Shown: piece after piece, positions 27,639 through 51,550 of the stretch | Position numbering within the stretch: the stretch's first letter is position 1 | How the letters are laid out: every line of letters starts with the position of its first letter | NCBI RefSeq assembly: GCF_009914755.1 | Contig: NC_060947.1 | Length of the DNA: 64,000 nucleotides | Source of the DNA: the human T2T-CHM13v2.0 reference genome, Homo sapiens | Reading direction: 5' to 3' (one strand) | Made by a program: the position numbers and the translations under genes | The notes under the pieces: model-generated | The model's input: the letters and a program-made list of their open reading frames with translations, nothing else | Told to the model about the DNA's origin: nothing | Database searches by the model: none

Positions 27639-28960
27639 ATGATCTCATCTTCCAGAGCACCAGTTTTACCTTCCTATTTACTCTTTGCCTATCTATCCTT
27701 CCTGCTTCCTTGGATACCTCATACAATCACCCCTCACCTTCCACTAGCTCCTAATTACCTCTACAAGACTCTCAACCTAACCCACGCTCTGTTAAACCAG
27801 TCCAATCCTTCCCTGGCAAATGACTGTTGGCTTTGTATCTCTCTATCAACTTCTGCTTACGTTGCCACTCCCATTCCTGCAAAAAAACTGGGTCTTTACC
27901 AACTTAACCTACTACCCTAGTTATGAAGGAAAAGACCCTTTCCAACTTCTAAATATGCAATCATTAGCCAAATTCCCCATTTCTGATAGGACCAAGAATA
28001 CCCTAACAGGACATGCAATCCAACTTTTACATTCTTACATTTCCCACCTCACCTATTACACAAGCAATGAAAAGCCCATACACGGCACTGTAACTATGAA
28101 TACCATCTTAACTTTCTAAGTTCCTTTATGCATCCAGTGCAACCTGTTATCAGGCCTGCCTCTGGGGCACCTACTACCCCATCAGCGTAATTACACCCCA
28201 CAACTTCAAGCCCCAACTGATCATAGTAACTTCCGAGTCACCCAAACAGCTCCATTCAGATGGCTTGTCCGCTTCTCAGGGCCCCCAAAAGTCATCATCT
28301 CCTCCCTACTTAACAAACAGTCCAGGTTCTGTAATGGCAAACATACTCCCTGCATGACCATTCACCCCTGGACTCCCTGCAGCAGTGCCCCCACCACTAG
28401 TGAATGCCTGCTCATCCCCTCTTTCAACCACTCTCTCAAAAGGTTCCTAGTCGATACAAAACGGTGTTTTCTCCAATGGGAAAATAGAACACAGGGAGCC
28501 ACTCAGTTTGATCCCAACACCCTTCCACCCGCTCACCAGAGCTACCTTGGCAAGTAGTCTAGGAGTATGGGAAAATGAAAACAACAAACTCACACACCTT
28601 TTTAACATACACAAACAGTTCTGTCTACCCAGCCAAGGTATATTCTTATGTGGAACATCGACCTATATCTGCATTCCTACTAACTGGACAGGCACCTGCA
28701 CCTTAGTCTTTCTAAGTCCCAACATTAACATTGCCCCAGGAAATCAGACATTATCAGTACCCCTCAAAGTTAAGTCTGTCAGCACAGAGCCATACAACTA
28801 ATACCCCTATTAATAGGGTTAGGAATGGCTACTGCTACAGGAACCGGAATAGCCAGTTTATCTACTTCATTATCCTACTACCACACACTCTCAAAGGATT
28901 TCTCAGACAGTTTGCAATAAATAATGAAATCTATCTTTATTTTACAATCCCAAATAGACT
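27639..28960 (+). pseudogene. env: HERV9 env 5' part (signal peptide, SU, fusion peptide)
   Basis: MISSSRAP..., CWLC motif (NDCWLCISL), GTCTLVFL, fusion peptide AIQLIPLLIGLGMATATGTG; about five frameshifts or stops. Confidence 0.9.
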
Positions 28961-35086
<6,126 letters not shown>

Positions 35087-35593
35087 TCCCAAATAGACTC
35101 TTTGGCAGCAGTGACTCTCCAAAACCACCAAGGCCTAGACCTCCTCATTGCTGAGAAAGGAGGACTCTGCACCTTCTTAGGGGAGGAGTGTTGTTTTTAT
35201 ACTGACCAGTCAGGGATGGTACGAGATGCCACCCGATGTTTACAGGAAAAGGCTTCTGAAATCACACAACACCTTTCAAACTCTTATACCAACCTCTGGA
35301 GTTGGGCAACATGGCTTCTCCCCTTTCTCGGTCCCATTGCAGCCATCTTGCTATTACTCGCCTTCAGGCTGTGTATTTTTAACCTCCTTGTCAAATTTGT
35401 TTCCTCTAGAATTGAGGCCGTCAAGCTACAGATGGTCTTACAAATGGGACCCCAAATGAGCTCAACTAACAACTTCTGCCAAGGACCCCTGGACCAACCT
35501 GCTGGCCCTTTCACTGGCCTTAAGAGTTCCCCTCTGGAGGGCACTACAACTGCAGGGCCCCTTCTTTGCCCCTATCCAGCAGGAAGTAGCTAG
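35087..35593 (+). pseudogene. env: HERV9 env 3' part (TM subunit), uninterrupted
   Basis: Continues LQ|SQIDSLAAVTLQN across the L1 TSD; open to the env stop. Confidence 0.93.
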
Positions 35594-35649
35594 AGCAGTC
35601 ATCACCCAATTCCCAACAGCAGTTGGGGTGTCCTGTTTAGAGGGGAGAT

Positions 35650-36285
35650 TGAGAGTTCAAGGCAGCTGGGCTTCTGGGTTGGGTGGAGACTTGGAGAGCT
35701 TTTCTGTCTAGCTAAAGGATTTTAAACACACCAATCAGTGCTCTATCTAGCTAAAGGTTTGTAAATGCACCAAGCAGCACTCTGTAAAATGGACCAATCA
35801 GCAGGATGTGGGTGGGGCCAGATAAGGGAATAAAAGCTGGCCACCTGAGCCAGCAGCAGCAACCCACTTTGGTCACCTTCCATGCTGTGGAAGCTTTGTT
35901 CTTTTGCTCTTCACAATAAATCTTGCTGCTCCTCACTCTTTGGGTCCACACTACCTTTATGAGCTGTAACACTCACTGCGAAGGTCTGCAGCTTCACTCC
36001 TGAAGTCAGTGAGACCACAAACCCACTGAGAGGAATAAACAACTCCGGATGCCCCACCTTTAAGAGCTGTAACACACCCTGCGAAAGTCTGCGGCTTCAC
36101 TCCTGAAATCAAGAGATACCATGAACCCACCAGAAGGAAGAAACTGGACACATCTGAACATCTGAAGGAATGAACTCTGGACACACCATCTTTAAGAACT
36201 GTAACACTCACCATGAGAGTCCACAGCTTCGTTCTCGAAGTCAGCGAGACCAAGAACCCACTGGAAGGAACGAATTCTGGACACA
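35650..36285 (+). promoter_or_regulatory. 3' LTR12 (636 bp) preceded by the polypurine tract; poly(A) signal at 35915-35920
   Basis: PPT agaggggaga 35639-35648; homologous to 21614-22298; AATAAA intact. Confidence 0.92.
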
Positions 36286-36289
36286 GTAA

Positions 36290-36758
36290 TATAGATGACT
36301 AGGCTCAGCTGGTCACTTATCAGGATCACAGGCAGTTATTATCAGATGGCTGTGGCTAGAATCATCTGAAGGCTCAAGAGAGCTGGATGTCAAGATAGAT
36401 TCTTCACACATGCTCCTGGAGCCTAAAATAGGAGGAATGGCTGGGGAATAGCTGGACATTTCTCTTTTAATGTGGCCTTTCTACATGGTGACATGGTCTT
36501 TGTCGTATCATGATGGTCTAAGGGTAGACTTTGAAGTTACATGATAATTATTTCCTTTAGAGCCATTGTTCCCAGAGACAGAAAGTGAAAGCTGTGATTT
36601 TTAAAAATTTCTGGGCTCATAATCTGATAAAGAGTCACTTAATATTCTACTGGTCAAAATGCTCACAGAGTCTGCCAAAATTCAAGGAGAGAGGATATGA
36701 ACCCCACCTCTCTGTGGGAAAATTATCAAACAATTTGTGACCATCATTAATCTACTAT
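36290..36758 (-). mobile_element. MLT1 (H-like) LTR, right piece
   Basis: ggctcagctgg...atcatctgaaggctc...attcaaggagagagga...ccccacctctc. Confidence 0.7.
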
Positions 36759-39614
36759 AAAAGTTATGCAGGATAGATTAGCAGGATGCTTCTTATGTTT
36801 TTGTTGTTGAAATAACAGGGACAAGGAATAAAAACCTGTGCAGAAATCAGAAGATCTACTTTTGCATATACAAAGTGAAGAGTTGCTTGTAAAGCAACAC
36901 CAGGCATTATAGTGCCTGTGACCTTGATATTAGAATCACCTTGCCCTCCAAAAGTGCCATGGACATCACTTTTATAAGTCAGATTCTATTTATATGCTCT
37001 AGAGTTGCTGGCTACTTAAAGGAGAACCTTTTGTAAAGTGAAGAAAAGTTTAAAGGCATTGAACACACAGGAGGTGCAATGATAAATGTTACTTTACCCT
37101 CTCTCATTCCATTAGTGTTTTCTTAAAGGAATATTGGGTCCTACTCAAGACTTAACTGAGATGGCTGATCTTAAGTGTTGAATATAAGCCCCCGTTCTTG
37201 GTCTTGGAATGTGAACATTATTGGGTATCATTGACGGAGAGATTGGCAAAGGAAATCCTGCAAGAGATAGGAGACCTAAATTTTCAATAAGTGTTCTACT
37301 TGGTTTCCATGGAAACTGGGTTAGGTAGTGAATCTCACTTGATGTGCACTTCTGTGCCTTCTTGAACAGATCTTTAGGAGTCGGTAAAACAATAGTGGGA
37401 TAGCATTAATAAAATCTGGAAAGACAAGTACAGGTCTGGTGGAACAAAAGGAATTGTTTGGGGACACTGGTGTTGATTTTATGCTACTGGAAGTACTTTG
37501 AGCTGCATACAACTCATGTAGCATGCTCAATGAGAGACAACTAAGTATAGGTATATTAGTATTCACAGTTGCAAGTGACACCAAGCTAAATTGAATTTAA
37601 AATAATATAAAATATCTAAGTTTTCTAATCCTTATTTCAAATAAGAATCAGAAAAACAAAAGGCTGGGGTTAACCTTTTTCTGCATTTCTGCATTGCATG
37701 GCTGTCCTGCCTAACATCAGCCTTCACTGATATCTCCTTAACTTAACTCTTAGCAAACCAGACATGTAGCCAGAACTCTTATTCCCTGCCAATTTTGTAT
37801 AATGACACTGTAGAAATGAAAACTTAAAATAGCCATTTTTTCCCATGAAAGCTTTTAATAGCCATCCACAAAACTTTTCTTGGATTCTTTGTTTTAATCT
37901 CTGAGCTGAACATTTTCTTTTGTTTCTTTTATTTTTCCCAACAAGTCCTCCATTGATGATAATCTTAGGAAATACAGTTAAGAAAATGATACTCTTCCAT
38001 TAGCACTGTAGTCAAAAAATCATTTTGCTTCTATTTCTGCTGTCAATTCCTTTTTTGTTGAGTTGTTTTTGTATGATAAAAGATTAATAATAAGAATATA
38101 CTTTTTACTGCAAATATTTTTTTTCCCTCCAGTGGGAGTATAGGTATAAATACCAAGCAATTTGAATTAAACAGATTAAGTCGTAGTATTGCTATTCCAA
38201 TTGCTTGTCATTACACAGGAGGTTATGGTTACAGCTGACTATACAGCACTACCTGAGCCATACATTTTACATTTGCAATCGGCCTATTATAGATGAACTG
38301 TGAAAATTGGAGAGAGCTTTTTATGATAATTGGAAGATGTTTTCCTTGAAGTATGTAAAGCCCTTGAGAGAACTTGAATTACTTGCTTGTAATTTTGTTA
38401 TAAGCTTTAATCCTATTTATTTAACTTGAAGTTTATTGCTCCTGAATATATTTTCCTATGTCTTTCTATTGAGTGACATACATGCTATATTTTCAATATT
38501 TTTATTTGAATATCATTACAAATTTTATTTTGCTTTTTGTTTTCAAACTCAAAAAGTTGTTTTCCCTTGGGCATGATTCATAGATAAATGAAGTTACTTC
38601 TGGGTTTTAAATTAGGAATATCAATGGAAATACAAAGACAGCCTCTCTTTGATTGTACTTGGTTCTTTCTGTGTTCTGAGTAAACCTGACCTAACATTTC
38701 AGATACCAACTGGGAATCTGTAGGTGATGTGTGCAACATTTTATGCCACACATAATTGTGTGCTCTTTTCTTTTTCTTTCTTCCCCTTAACAATCTTTCT
38801 CTGGTTTGACTGGTCTCTTCCCTGTTTCTGAATACCTCATGCTCATTCCTACTTTTTGATCCCCATAAACCATTTCTGTGCCTAGAATGCCCTCTCTCCT
38901 CTTCAGAACCATCCAAGTCTTCTCATCTCTCCCCCTGACAAGATACTCCAACTTATGTTTTACTGTGTTCAAGAATATTTAATATAACTACTACAGCCTA
39001 AATTAATCTATCATCTATGTGCTCGTAGCACTTATTTGCTAGACCATTATGTTGGTACCCAACCATATGTAATGACACCTTGCTTCTCTAGAGATGAGAA
39101 GTGTGAGAAAGCCCACCTGAAATGATGATCACAGAGCTGCTGCATTATGGGTACAGATTTTACTAACAGCCATAATACACAATTTAATTTTAATTATTAG
39201 CGAACTTCATTATCTGTTTTATAAATCCTCAAGTGATAAGACACAGCCAATTCCCATTTTCCTCATCTGCTAGGTGATATCTCATCACATCTAAGATCCC
39301 ATTGATTGTAAGACACATCACTCTTTTACGTACCACAAAGAAAAGACACTGCCCGTAAAACTGTTTCACAAGAGTTTGCTATCACTTTGAATTTGTATTT
39401 TGTACATATCAAAAGAGCTCTTTGTCATTTAAACATATTGTTTTGTTTATCACATCAATCTTTAATTTACCTGGCATACGGGATCAGATACATTAATGCA
39501 TGTTTAAATAGTTTTTTTAATCTCTGGAATTTCTTCTTTAAAACATTCTAGACCAGAGGTTCTTAACATACAGTACACAGATTCTTGAAGGCGGAGAGTC
39601 TCTGAATAGATATA

Positions 39615-40070
39615 GTGGTCAACTATTACTGCAACAATGCTACATTAAAAACCAACCCCCAAACTCACTGGCTTAAAACAACAATTATTTATTTTCATCT
39701 GTACATTTGTAGGTCAGCTGGAGGTTAGCTGACCTAGGCTGGGCTCTAAGCTGGAGGTTGAGCTCAGGTCTACCATGCATGTCTCTCATCTTTCTTGGAA
39801 TAAAAGGCTACGTGGAGCATTGTTTTTTCTCATGGTGATGGCAACATTGCAAGAAGAATGAGCAGAAACATACAATGCCTCTTAAAGACTAGAGTTAGAA
39901 ATTGCATTATATCACTTATATTGGAAAAAGCAAATTAGGTGGCCAAAGCCAGCATCAGTGGAGCAAGGAAATATTCTCTGCCTCTGGTGGGAGGAGCTAC
40001 AAAGACCTATGGCAAAGGTCATGAATTTAGGGAGAGACGAAGGAATGGGAACAATGGTGCAGCCTACTAA
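39615..40070 (-). mobile_element. MLT1 (I/J-like) LTR, probably inside a hAT-Charlie MITE (~39555-40220)
   Basis: ccccaaactcactggcttaaaacaacaa...ggccaaagcc; flanks cagaggttcttaac / gagaaccact look like hAT TIRs. Confidence 0.65.
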
Positions 40071-40313
40071 AATCAGTTTCAAGGAGACCAAAAAGCCTCT
40101 AAAATTCTTTGCTAAAATGTTGTATCATAAAGGGATATTTTTCTAGAGAACATGTTCTTACTATTCACCAGATTCTCAAGGAGTGAATGGGATTCCAACC
40201 ATTTCCAAGTGAGAACCACTTACTTTAGGTCCTTCTATTATTCCTTTGTTTGTTCATTCAATATTAATATACCTCAGTTAATGACCCAGGATTGATTTCT
40301 GTGAACATTTTAA

Positions 40314-40666
<353 letters not shown>

Positions 40667-40834
40667 GAGTTGGTTGCTTTCTACCAGGTCATGTATTTTA
40701 AGAGCCTGGCAGGCTCTAAAATTTGATTTGGCAGGGCTCTATCAGCACCAGGTAACCTTTCTGTGCTTGAAGCTTAGCTGGTACCCACTCCCATAGTGAT
40801 GTGTTAGTGAATCCCATATGGAAGAAACATAGAG

Positions 40835-41056
40835 GGGGGACATTGAAACAAGAAAGACCTGGTTTCAAATTCCTGCCCTGCCGTTTACTACCTGTGTCAT
40901 CTCAGGCAAGTAAATAAACCTCTATGCACCTCAGTTTCCTTTTCTGTAAAATGAGAGTGACAGTTCTTATGCTACAAGGTCATCGTCATTGTGAGGATTA
41001 AATGAGACAATGTGTGTATAGTATTTGTCACATGTTAGGTGCTCAACAAATGCTAG
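40835..41056 (+). mobile_element. MIR
   Basis: cctcagtttccttttctgtaaaatg...gtgaggattaaatgaga...gtgctcaacaaatg. Confidence 0.8.
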
Positions 41057-42716
41057 TCCCTCTCATTCCCATTATTGTTTACATTATGCTGACAATTTTA
41101 TCCTCATTCTGTAATATAAATAGTATGTCCCTATCCTGTGAAATATTAATGAAGAAATTTCTGAATGCTATTCCTTTTTATTTTTTGTTTTTAAAAACAG
41201 TTATTAGCTGTTTGTTTCTATCAGCAGATTCTAGACCCAGAATAAAATCATATTTACACTTGGGCGTTTCTATGAGCTCTCTTTAGCCTTTCTCTCCTGG
41301 TATGAACGTTATGGAAGTAAAGTAGCTTCTTTTTCCCTCAAAGGGGACTGCCAAGGCCAAAAGGAAATTGAACTTTGTCTTCCTAGTCACCTCTGATCTT
41401 TGACATAACAGAGACTGAGGAGGTGAAAGCTAATTCTTACCAAGTACTTTTTGACACAGTAGATTGAGCAATAATGGAAAAAGTTCTGAGATGTTGTTTT
41501 TCACAAAATTACCACTGTTAACCTCCAAATTACATCAACCGAAACAATTTTTTGTTCTTTGAACTCTGACACAGATTGAACGAGCCCTCATCAAGAGTAA
41601 GAAAAAAAATTTCTCTAGGTTAGTAGGAATTGGCCTATTTTGAATTCTATTCCAGCCAGTAAACATGCTGTTAACTTTGAAAATTCTGTGTAGATTTAAA
41701 AAGAAATACTCTAATAGCTAGGTATTTTATTACCTTTTAAAATTATTTCAGCCTCAAGCCTAACAGATTATTTAGTAATGAGTGACATTTCCGTTGCAGA
41801 ATAGCAGGTGGATAATTAATGAATAATGTGTTCTATTTTCCTGTCTATATGTATATATTCTAGAAATATAACTAGTGTTATAGGTAACAGTTCCCAGCTT
41901 GATCAATGTAAATAAATATAAGGCCCAGTTTTAAAAACATAAACATTTTAAATCTGCAATGCTTTTATATTTCATTCATCAAATTCTAGTGAGAAAGGCA
42001 TTAGGCATGTAAAAAATAAAAGAAAAAAATTATAAATTGTGGTGTTCTGGGGGAGATAAGCTGATGATAAAGGATATATACTATCCAAAAAGGCTGAAAA
42101 GACTACTCTTTAAAAGAGTATCTTCAATGCATTTTAAAATTGATGTACATTAATTTAGCTAAATTAACAATGGGAAATTAAATACTGTTCAGCAAGCTTA
42201 TTGTCCTATTAGAACTGTAGCTTTTTTGGCTGCAGAGGGGGCATTAAATGTTGATGATATTCAATACAATAGCCAAAACCTTTTTATTCCACTATGGATT
42301 TGCTACTAACGTGAATCTTTAAAAGGGAGAAAGCAAGCTATTTTGAGGGTTCTAATTTAGACAAGGCTAATGAATTGTGAAAAAAATACATTTTCATCAA
42401 ATGTCATCAGCTGAATAAGCAAATGCATTAAGTTATCATTTTATATATGTTGGTCAGATATTATTCTCTCTCTTCTTCCCAACAATTCTGGTTTCACAGA
42501 TGAGAAATTATTTTAAAAGAAAAAAACTTTCTAAGGAGAATCTTCATTAGGCTTTCAATAGAGATTCACCCTGGACACATCTAGAAATGTAAACACCATA
42601 GTAAAAAAAAAAATGTAAAGAATAAACTCTCTTGGGAGCTGTTTGAGCTGGCTTATAACAAAGGGAAAAGAATGGGTGTCCATTGGAGTTTCTGGACCCT
42701 TTGAGGTCAGTTGTAG

Positions 42717-43034
<318 letters not shown>

Positions 43035-43381
43035 TAATATTGTTATTTTATAGATAACGATGATAAATTACAGAAGGGATAAGTAGTGTTCTGTTCCAGG
43101 TCATACAACTAGCAAATGTCAAAGCAGGATTAAAACTCAGATCATTCTGGTTCTAAACTTTCACCTGTAGTTTGGATTGTTGAGTCCAAGGAGAGGAAGA
43201 TTTTTGGGTCAGAAGATTCTGCAAAACTGCCTGCATATGCTTGCCTTCTATTCACAAATATCCCTCTCTCCTTATTTGTATATTGTAGTATCACCAACTA
43301 ATGGCCATTTCTGATGGTCACTGGGTAAGTTGTTCCTCTCTTGATAGCTCTGCTCTAACATGGAAAGTACTTATCTTCTTT

Positions 43382-43434
43382 TATATATATATATATATAT
43401 GCATACACACACACACATACACATATATACATAT
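43382..43434. repeat. (TA)n/(CA)n compound microsatellite
   Basis: Direct reading. Confidence 0.85.
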
Positions 43435-43678
43435 GTAGTTTTCTTTTTAAATTATTCTTTTTTTCTCATTATTATACTTTAAGTTTTAGGGTACATGTGC
43501 ACATTGTGCAGGTTAGTTACATATGTATACATGTGCCATGCTGGTGCGCTGCACCCACTAACTTGTCATCTAGCATTAGGTATATCTCCCAATGCTATCC
43601 CTCCCCCCTCCCCCCACCCCACAACAGTCCCCAGAGTGTGATATTCCCCTTCCTGTGTCCATGTGATCTCATTGTTCA

Positions 43679-44698
<1,020 letters not shown>

Positions 44699-44701
44699 CT
44701 A

Positions 44702-47515
<2,814 letters not shown>

Positions 47516-49084
47516 TTATTTTGCTCGTTAGTTGATGCAGTTTCTTCCTAGTCTCTATGGTCTTTACATTTTGGCGTGATTTTGCAGTGGCTGGTACCGG
47601 TTGTTCCTTTCCATGTTTAGCACTTCCTTCAGGAGCTCTTTTAGGGCAGGCCTGGTGGTGACAAAATCTCTCAGCATTTGCTCGTCTGTAAAGTATTTTA
47701 TTTCTCCTTCACTTATGAAGCTTAGTTTGGCTGGATATGAAATTCTGGGTTGAAAATTCTTTTCTTTAAGAATGTTGAATATTGGCCCCCACTGTCTTCT
47801 GGCTTGTAGGGTTTCTGCTGAGAGATCCGCTGTTAGTCTGATGGGCTTCCCTTTGAGGGTAACCCGACCTTTCTCTCTGGCTGCCCTTAACATTTTTTCC
47901 TTCATTTCAACTTTGGTGAATCTGACAATTTTGTGTCTTGGAGTTGCTCTTCTCGAGGAGTATCTTTGTGGCGTTCACTGTATTTCCTGAATCTGAATGT
48001 TGGCCTGCCTTGCTAGATTGGGGAAGTTCTCCTGAAATGTTGGCCTGCCTTGCTAGATTGGGGAAGTTCTCCTGGATAATATCCTGCAGAGTGTTTTCCA
48101 ACTTGGTTCCATTCTCCCCGTCACTTTCAGGTACACCAATCAGACGTAGATTTGGTCTTTTCACATAGTCCCATATTTCTTGGAGGCTTTGCTCATTTCT
48201 TTTTATTCTTTTTTCTCTAAACTTCCCTTCTCGCTTCATTTCATTCATTTCGTCTTCCATCACTGATACCCTTTCTTCCAGTTGATCGCATTGGCTCCTG
48301 AGGCTTCTGCATTATTCTCGTAGTTCTCGAGCCTTGGTTTTCAGCTCCATCAGCTCCTTTAAGCACTTCTCTGTATTGTTTATTCTAGTTATACATTCTT
48401 CTAAATTTTTTTCAAAGTTTTCAACATCTTTGCCTTTGGTTTGAATGTCCTCCCGTAGCTCAGAGTAATTTGATCGTCTGAAGCCTTCTTCTCTCAGCTC
48501 GTCAAAGTCATTCTCTGTCCAGCTTTGTTCCGTTGCTGGTGAGGAATTGCGTTCCTTTGGAGGAGGAGAGGTGCTCTGCTTTTTAGAGTTTCCAGTTTTT
48601 CTGTTCTGTTTTTTCCCCATCTTTGTGGTTTTATCTACTTTTGGTCTTCTATGATGGTGATGTACAGATGGGTTTTTGGTGTGGATGTCCTTTCTGTTTG
48701 TTAGTTTTCCTTCTAACAGACAGGACCCTCAGCTGCAGGTCTGTTGGAGTCCCCTTGCCGTGTGAGGTGTCAGTGTGCTCCTGTTGGGGGGTGCCTCCCA
48801 GTTAGGCTGCTCGGGGGTCAGGGGTCAGGCACCCACTTGAGGAGGCAGTCTGCCCCTTCTCAGATCTCCAGCTGCTTACTGGGAGAACCACTGCTCTCTT
48901 CAAAGCTGTCAGACAGGGACATTTAAGTCTGCAGAGGTTACTGCTGTCTTTTTGTTTGTCTGTGCCCTGCCCCTAGAGGTGGAGCCTACAGAGGCAGGCA
49001 GGCAGGCAGGCCTCCTTGAGCTGTGGTGGGCTCCACCCAGTTCGAGCTTCCTGGCTGCTTTGTTTACCTAAGCAAGCCTGGGTA

Positions 49085-49267
49085 ATGGTGGGCGCCCCTC
49101 CGCCAGCCTCGCTGACGCCTTGCAGTTTGATCTCAGACTGCTGTGCTAGCAATCAGCGAGACTCCGTGGTTGTAGGACCCTCCGAGCCAGGTGGGGAATA
49201 TAATCTCATGCTGCACCATTTTTTAAGCCTGTCGGAAAAGCGCAGTATTCGGTTGGGAGTGGCCTGA
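49085..49267 (+). CDS. ORF0: L1 ORF0 (antisense 5' UTR), truncated to 60 aa
   Basis: MVGAPPPASLTPCSLISDCCASNQRDS... matches recalled ORF0; donor cag|gtgggg at 49191. Confidence 0.6.
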   Translation: MVGAPPPASLTPCSLISDCCASNQRDSVVVGPSEPGGEYNLMLHHFLSLSEKRSIRLGVA

Positions 49268-49534
49268 TTTTCCAGGTGCCGTCCGTCACCCCTGTCTTTG
49301 ACTAGGAAAGGGAACTCCCTGACCCCTTGCGCTTCCCGAGTGAGGCAATGCCTCGCCATGCTTCGGCTCGCTCACGGTGCGCGCACCCACTGACCTGCGC
49401 CCACTGTCTGGCACTCTCTTGTGAGACGAACCCGGTGCCTAGGATGGAAATGCAGAAATCACCTGTCTTCTGCGTTGCTCGTGCTGGGAACTGTAGACTG
49501 GAGCTGTTCCTATTCGTCCATCTTGGCTCCTCTC

Positions 49535-49736
49535 TAAATTATTCTTTAAGTTCTGTGGTACATGTGCAGAATGTGCAGGTTTATTACATAGGTATACACA
49601 TGGCATGGTGGCTTGCTGCACCCATCAACCTATCATCTACATTAGGTATTTCTTCTAATGCTATCCCTCCCCTAGCCCCCTGTCCCCTGACAGGCACCAG
49701 TGTGTGATGTTCCCCTCCCTGTGTCCATGTGTTCTC
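49535..49736 (-). mobile_element. L1PA7-like 3' end, host of the younger L1
   Basis: attctttaagttctgtggtacatgtgcagaatgtgcagg...cccctagcccc...gtgtccatgtgttctc. Confidence 0.88.
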
Positions 49737-50079
49737 TTCCTAATGTATTTTAAATACCTGAGTTTCCTTTTTGTGTATGGTCAGTACAGCAAACTTGAAT
49801 TTCTAGAACCTGATATAGTGGTGTCTTGAGGTTTTTGTTTCTCTTTTGTTCCTAATAGTTTTTAAAAATTTTGTAGCTCTCTTCACTCCCACAGCACTCT
49901 ACATATTCACGTGCACACCTAATTCATGAGCTCTCTATACAGAAAGAAATAATGGGAATGACTGGGAACATGCTATTAAATGGATATATTTTCAGATCTT
50001 CCTTAAATCATTTTCTTTGCAGCCTTCTACTTCTAAGACCGTATCATGAGGCTTATTGACACAAGGGAGAAAAAGACAC

Positions 50080-50545
50080 ATGCAAGTAATATTAGGAATG
50101 AAAAGGTAATATGATAGATATAACAGAGATTTGAATAAATCAGAAGAGATTAATATGAAGCAACCAACTTTATGCCAATAAAATAGAAAACAAATGATAT
50201 GGACATATTAATAGAATGTATAATTGATCAACATTATCTCAAGAAAAATTAGAAAACCTTCATAAACCAATAAGCTTAAGCATATTGAATTGGTAATAAA
50301 AATTATCAACCTCCCATCTCCCGCCCAAAGACTCCAGGCTTATGTGATTAGATGATTTTATTGGAAAATTTTCTCTAACTGTCAAGAATTAAATGTTCCA
50401 AATTACATTAACAATTTCAGAAAAGGGAAAAAAGCTACTTAATTTACTTTATGAGACTAGCATAACCATCATAAAACCAGGAAAAGGCAGAATCTGAAAA
50501 GTATAGGCCAATCCTATTTATAACATAGGTGAAAATGTCTGAAAC
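50080..50545 (+). mobile_element. Ancient L1M ORF2 fragment
   Basis: caactttatgccaataaa...ttttatgagactagcataacc...tataggccaatc; heavily diverged. Confidence 0.6.
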
Positions 50546-50549
50546 AAGA

Positions 50550-51410
50550 ACCATTAGACAATTATTACTCAGGTACAAGCCCCAAGAGTCATCTTTCTTT
50601 CCTGTTTTCCTGCTTATACTCAATATCTAGTGAGTGAGGTCCTGTTGACTCTGCCTCTTAAACATATCTCAAATCTGTTCAATCTTCTTTGTCTTCACTA
50701 CCACCATAGGCAAGTGAACAAATATCTCTTCCTGCAGTGGTCTCTGTTCACTCTCCACTCTTGCTCTTACTGCAGTACTTTTAAAATGTAAATCAGATGA
50801 TGTCGTTCCTGCATCAAAATTCTCTAAATATTTTCCATGATGTATAGAATAGAATCCAAACCTCTCACCCTGGTCTACAAGTCCCTGCACTATCTGACAT
50901 ACAGCTTCATCACCATCTCTTGCTACTCTGCTCCTTGCTCACTGCACTGTAGACATACTGATCTTCTTCCTGTTATTTGAAGAGACCAAGCTTGTTGCCA
51001 CCTCAGAGAATTTATATTTTCTGTTCCTTCTGTCTGAATTACTCTCCTGTAAGTGTTTGCAAATAAATCTTCTCCGTATTCAGGCCTTCACTCAAATATT
51101 GCTTTCTCAGAGAGGCCTTCCCTAGTACATCTCCCTGTTTCTTCATTTACTCTTCTTCCTACCTTTTACTCTGTATCCCATTAACCTTCTTATTTTGCTT
51201 CATAGTGCTTATCAGTATCCTCCAATAATCATTTTCAGATATTTTAGAAATGCATTGTCCTTCTATCTTTTATCAGCTGCAGGTGGACAGGGATTTTTTT
51301 TTTCTTTTTTTCCTTTGTTTTGTTTTGTTTTGTTTTGTTTTGTTTTGCTGTATTTCTAACACCTAGAAGGCTGGGGAGGCACTAAATATATATTGCATGA
51401 ATAAATCTAA
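50550..51410 (+). mobile_element. L2a with an internal (TTTTG)n run near 51315-51347
   Basis: ttttaaaatgtaaatcagatgatgtc...ccaaacctctcaccctggtctacaag...tcagagaggccttccct...gcatgaataaat. Confidence 0.75.
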
Positions 51411-51414
51411 TGTA

Positions 51415-51550
51415 AACCTCCTTAAGTCACAGATGAGAAAACTGAAGCCCAGGGAAGGAATGTGACTTGATCAAGATTACTTGCCCACCTGGGAATAGAA
51501 TCCTTTCTCCTGAGTTACAGTATGGTGCCCTTTCTGCTATACCACATGTT
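51415..51550 (-). mobile_element. MIR
   Basis: acagatgagaaaactgaagcccag...gtgacttgatcaag. Confidence 0.65.
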
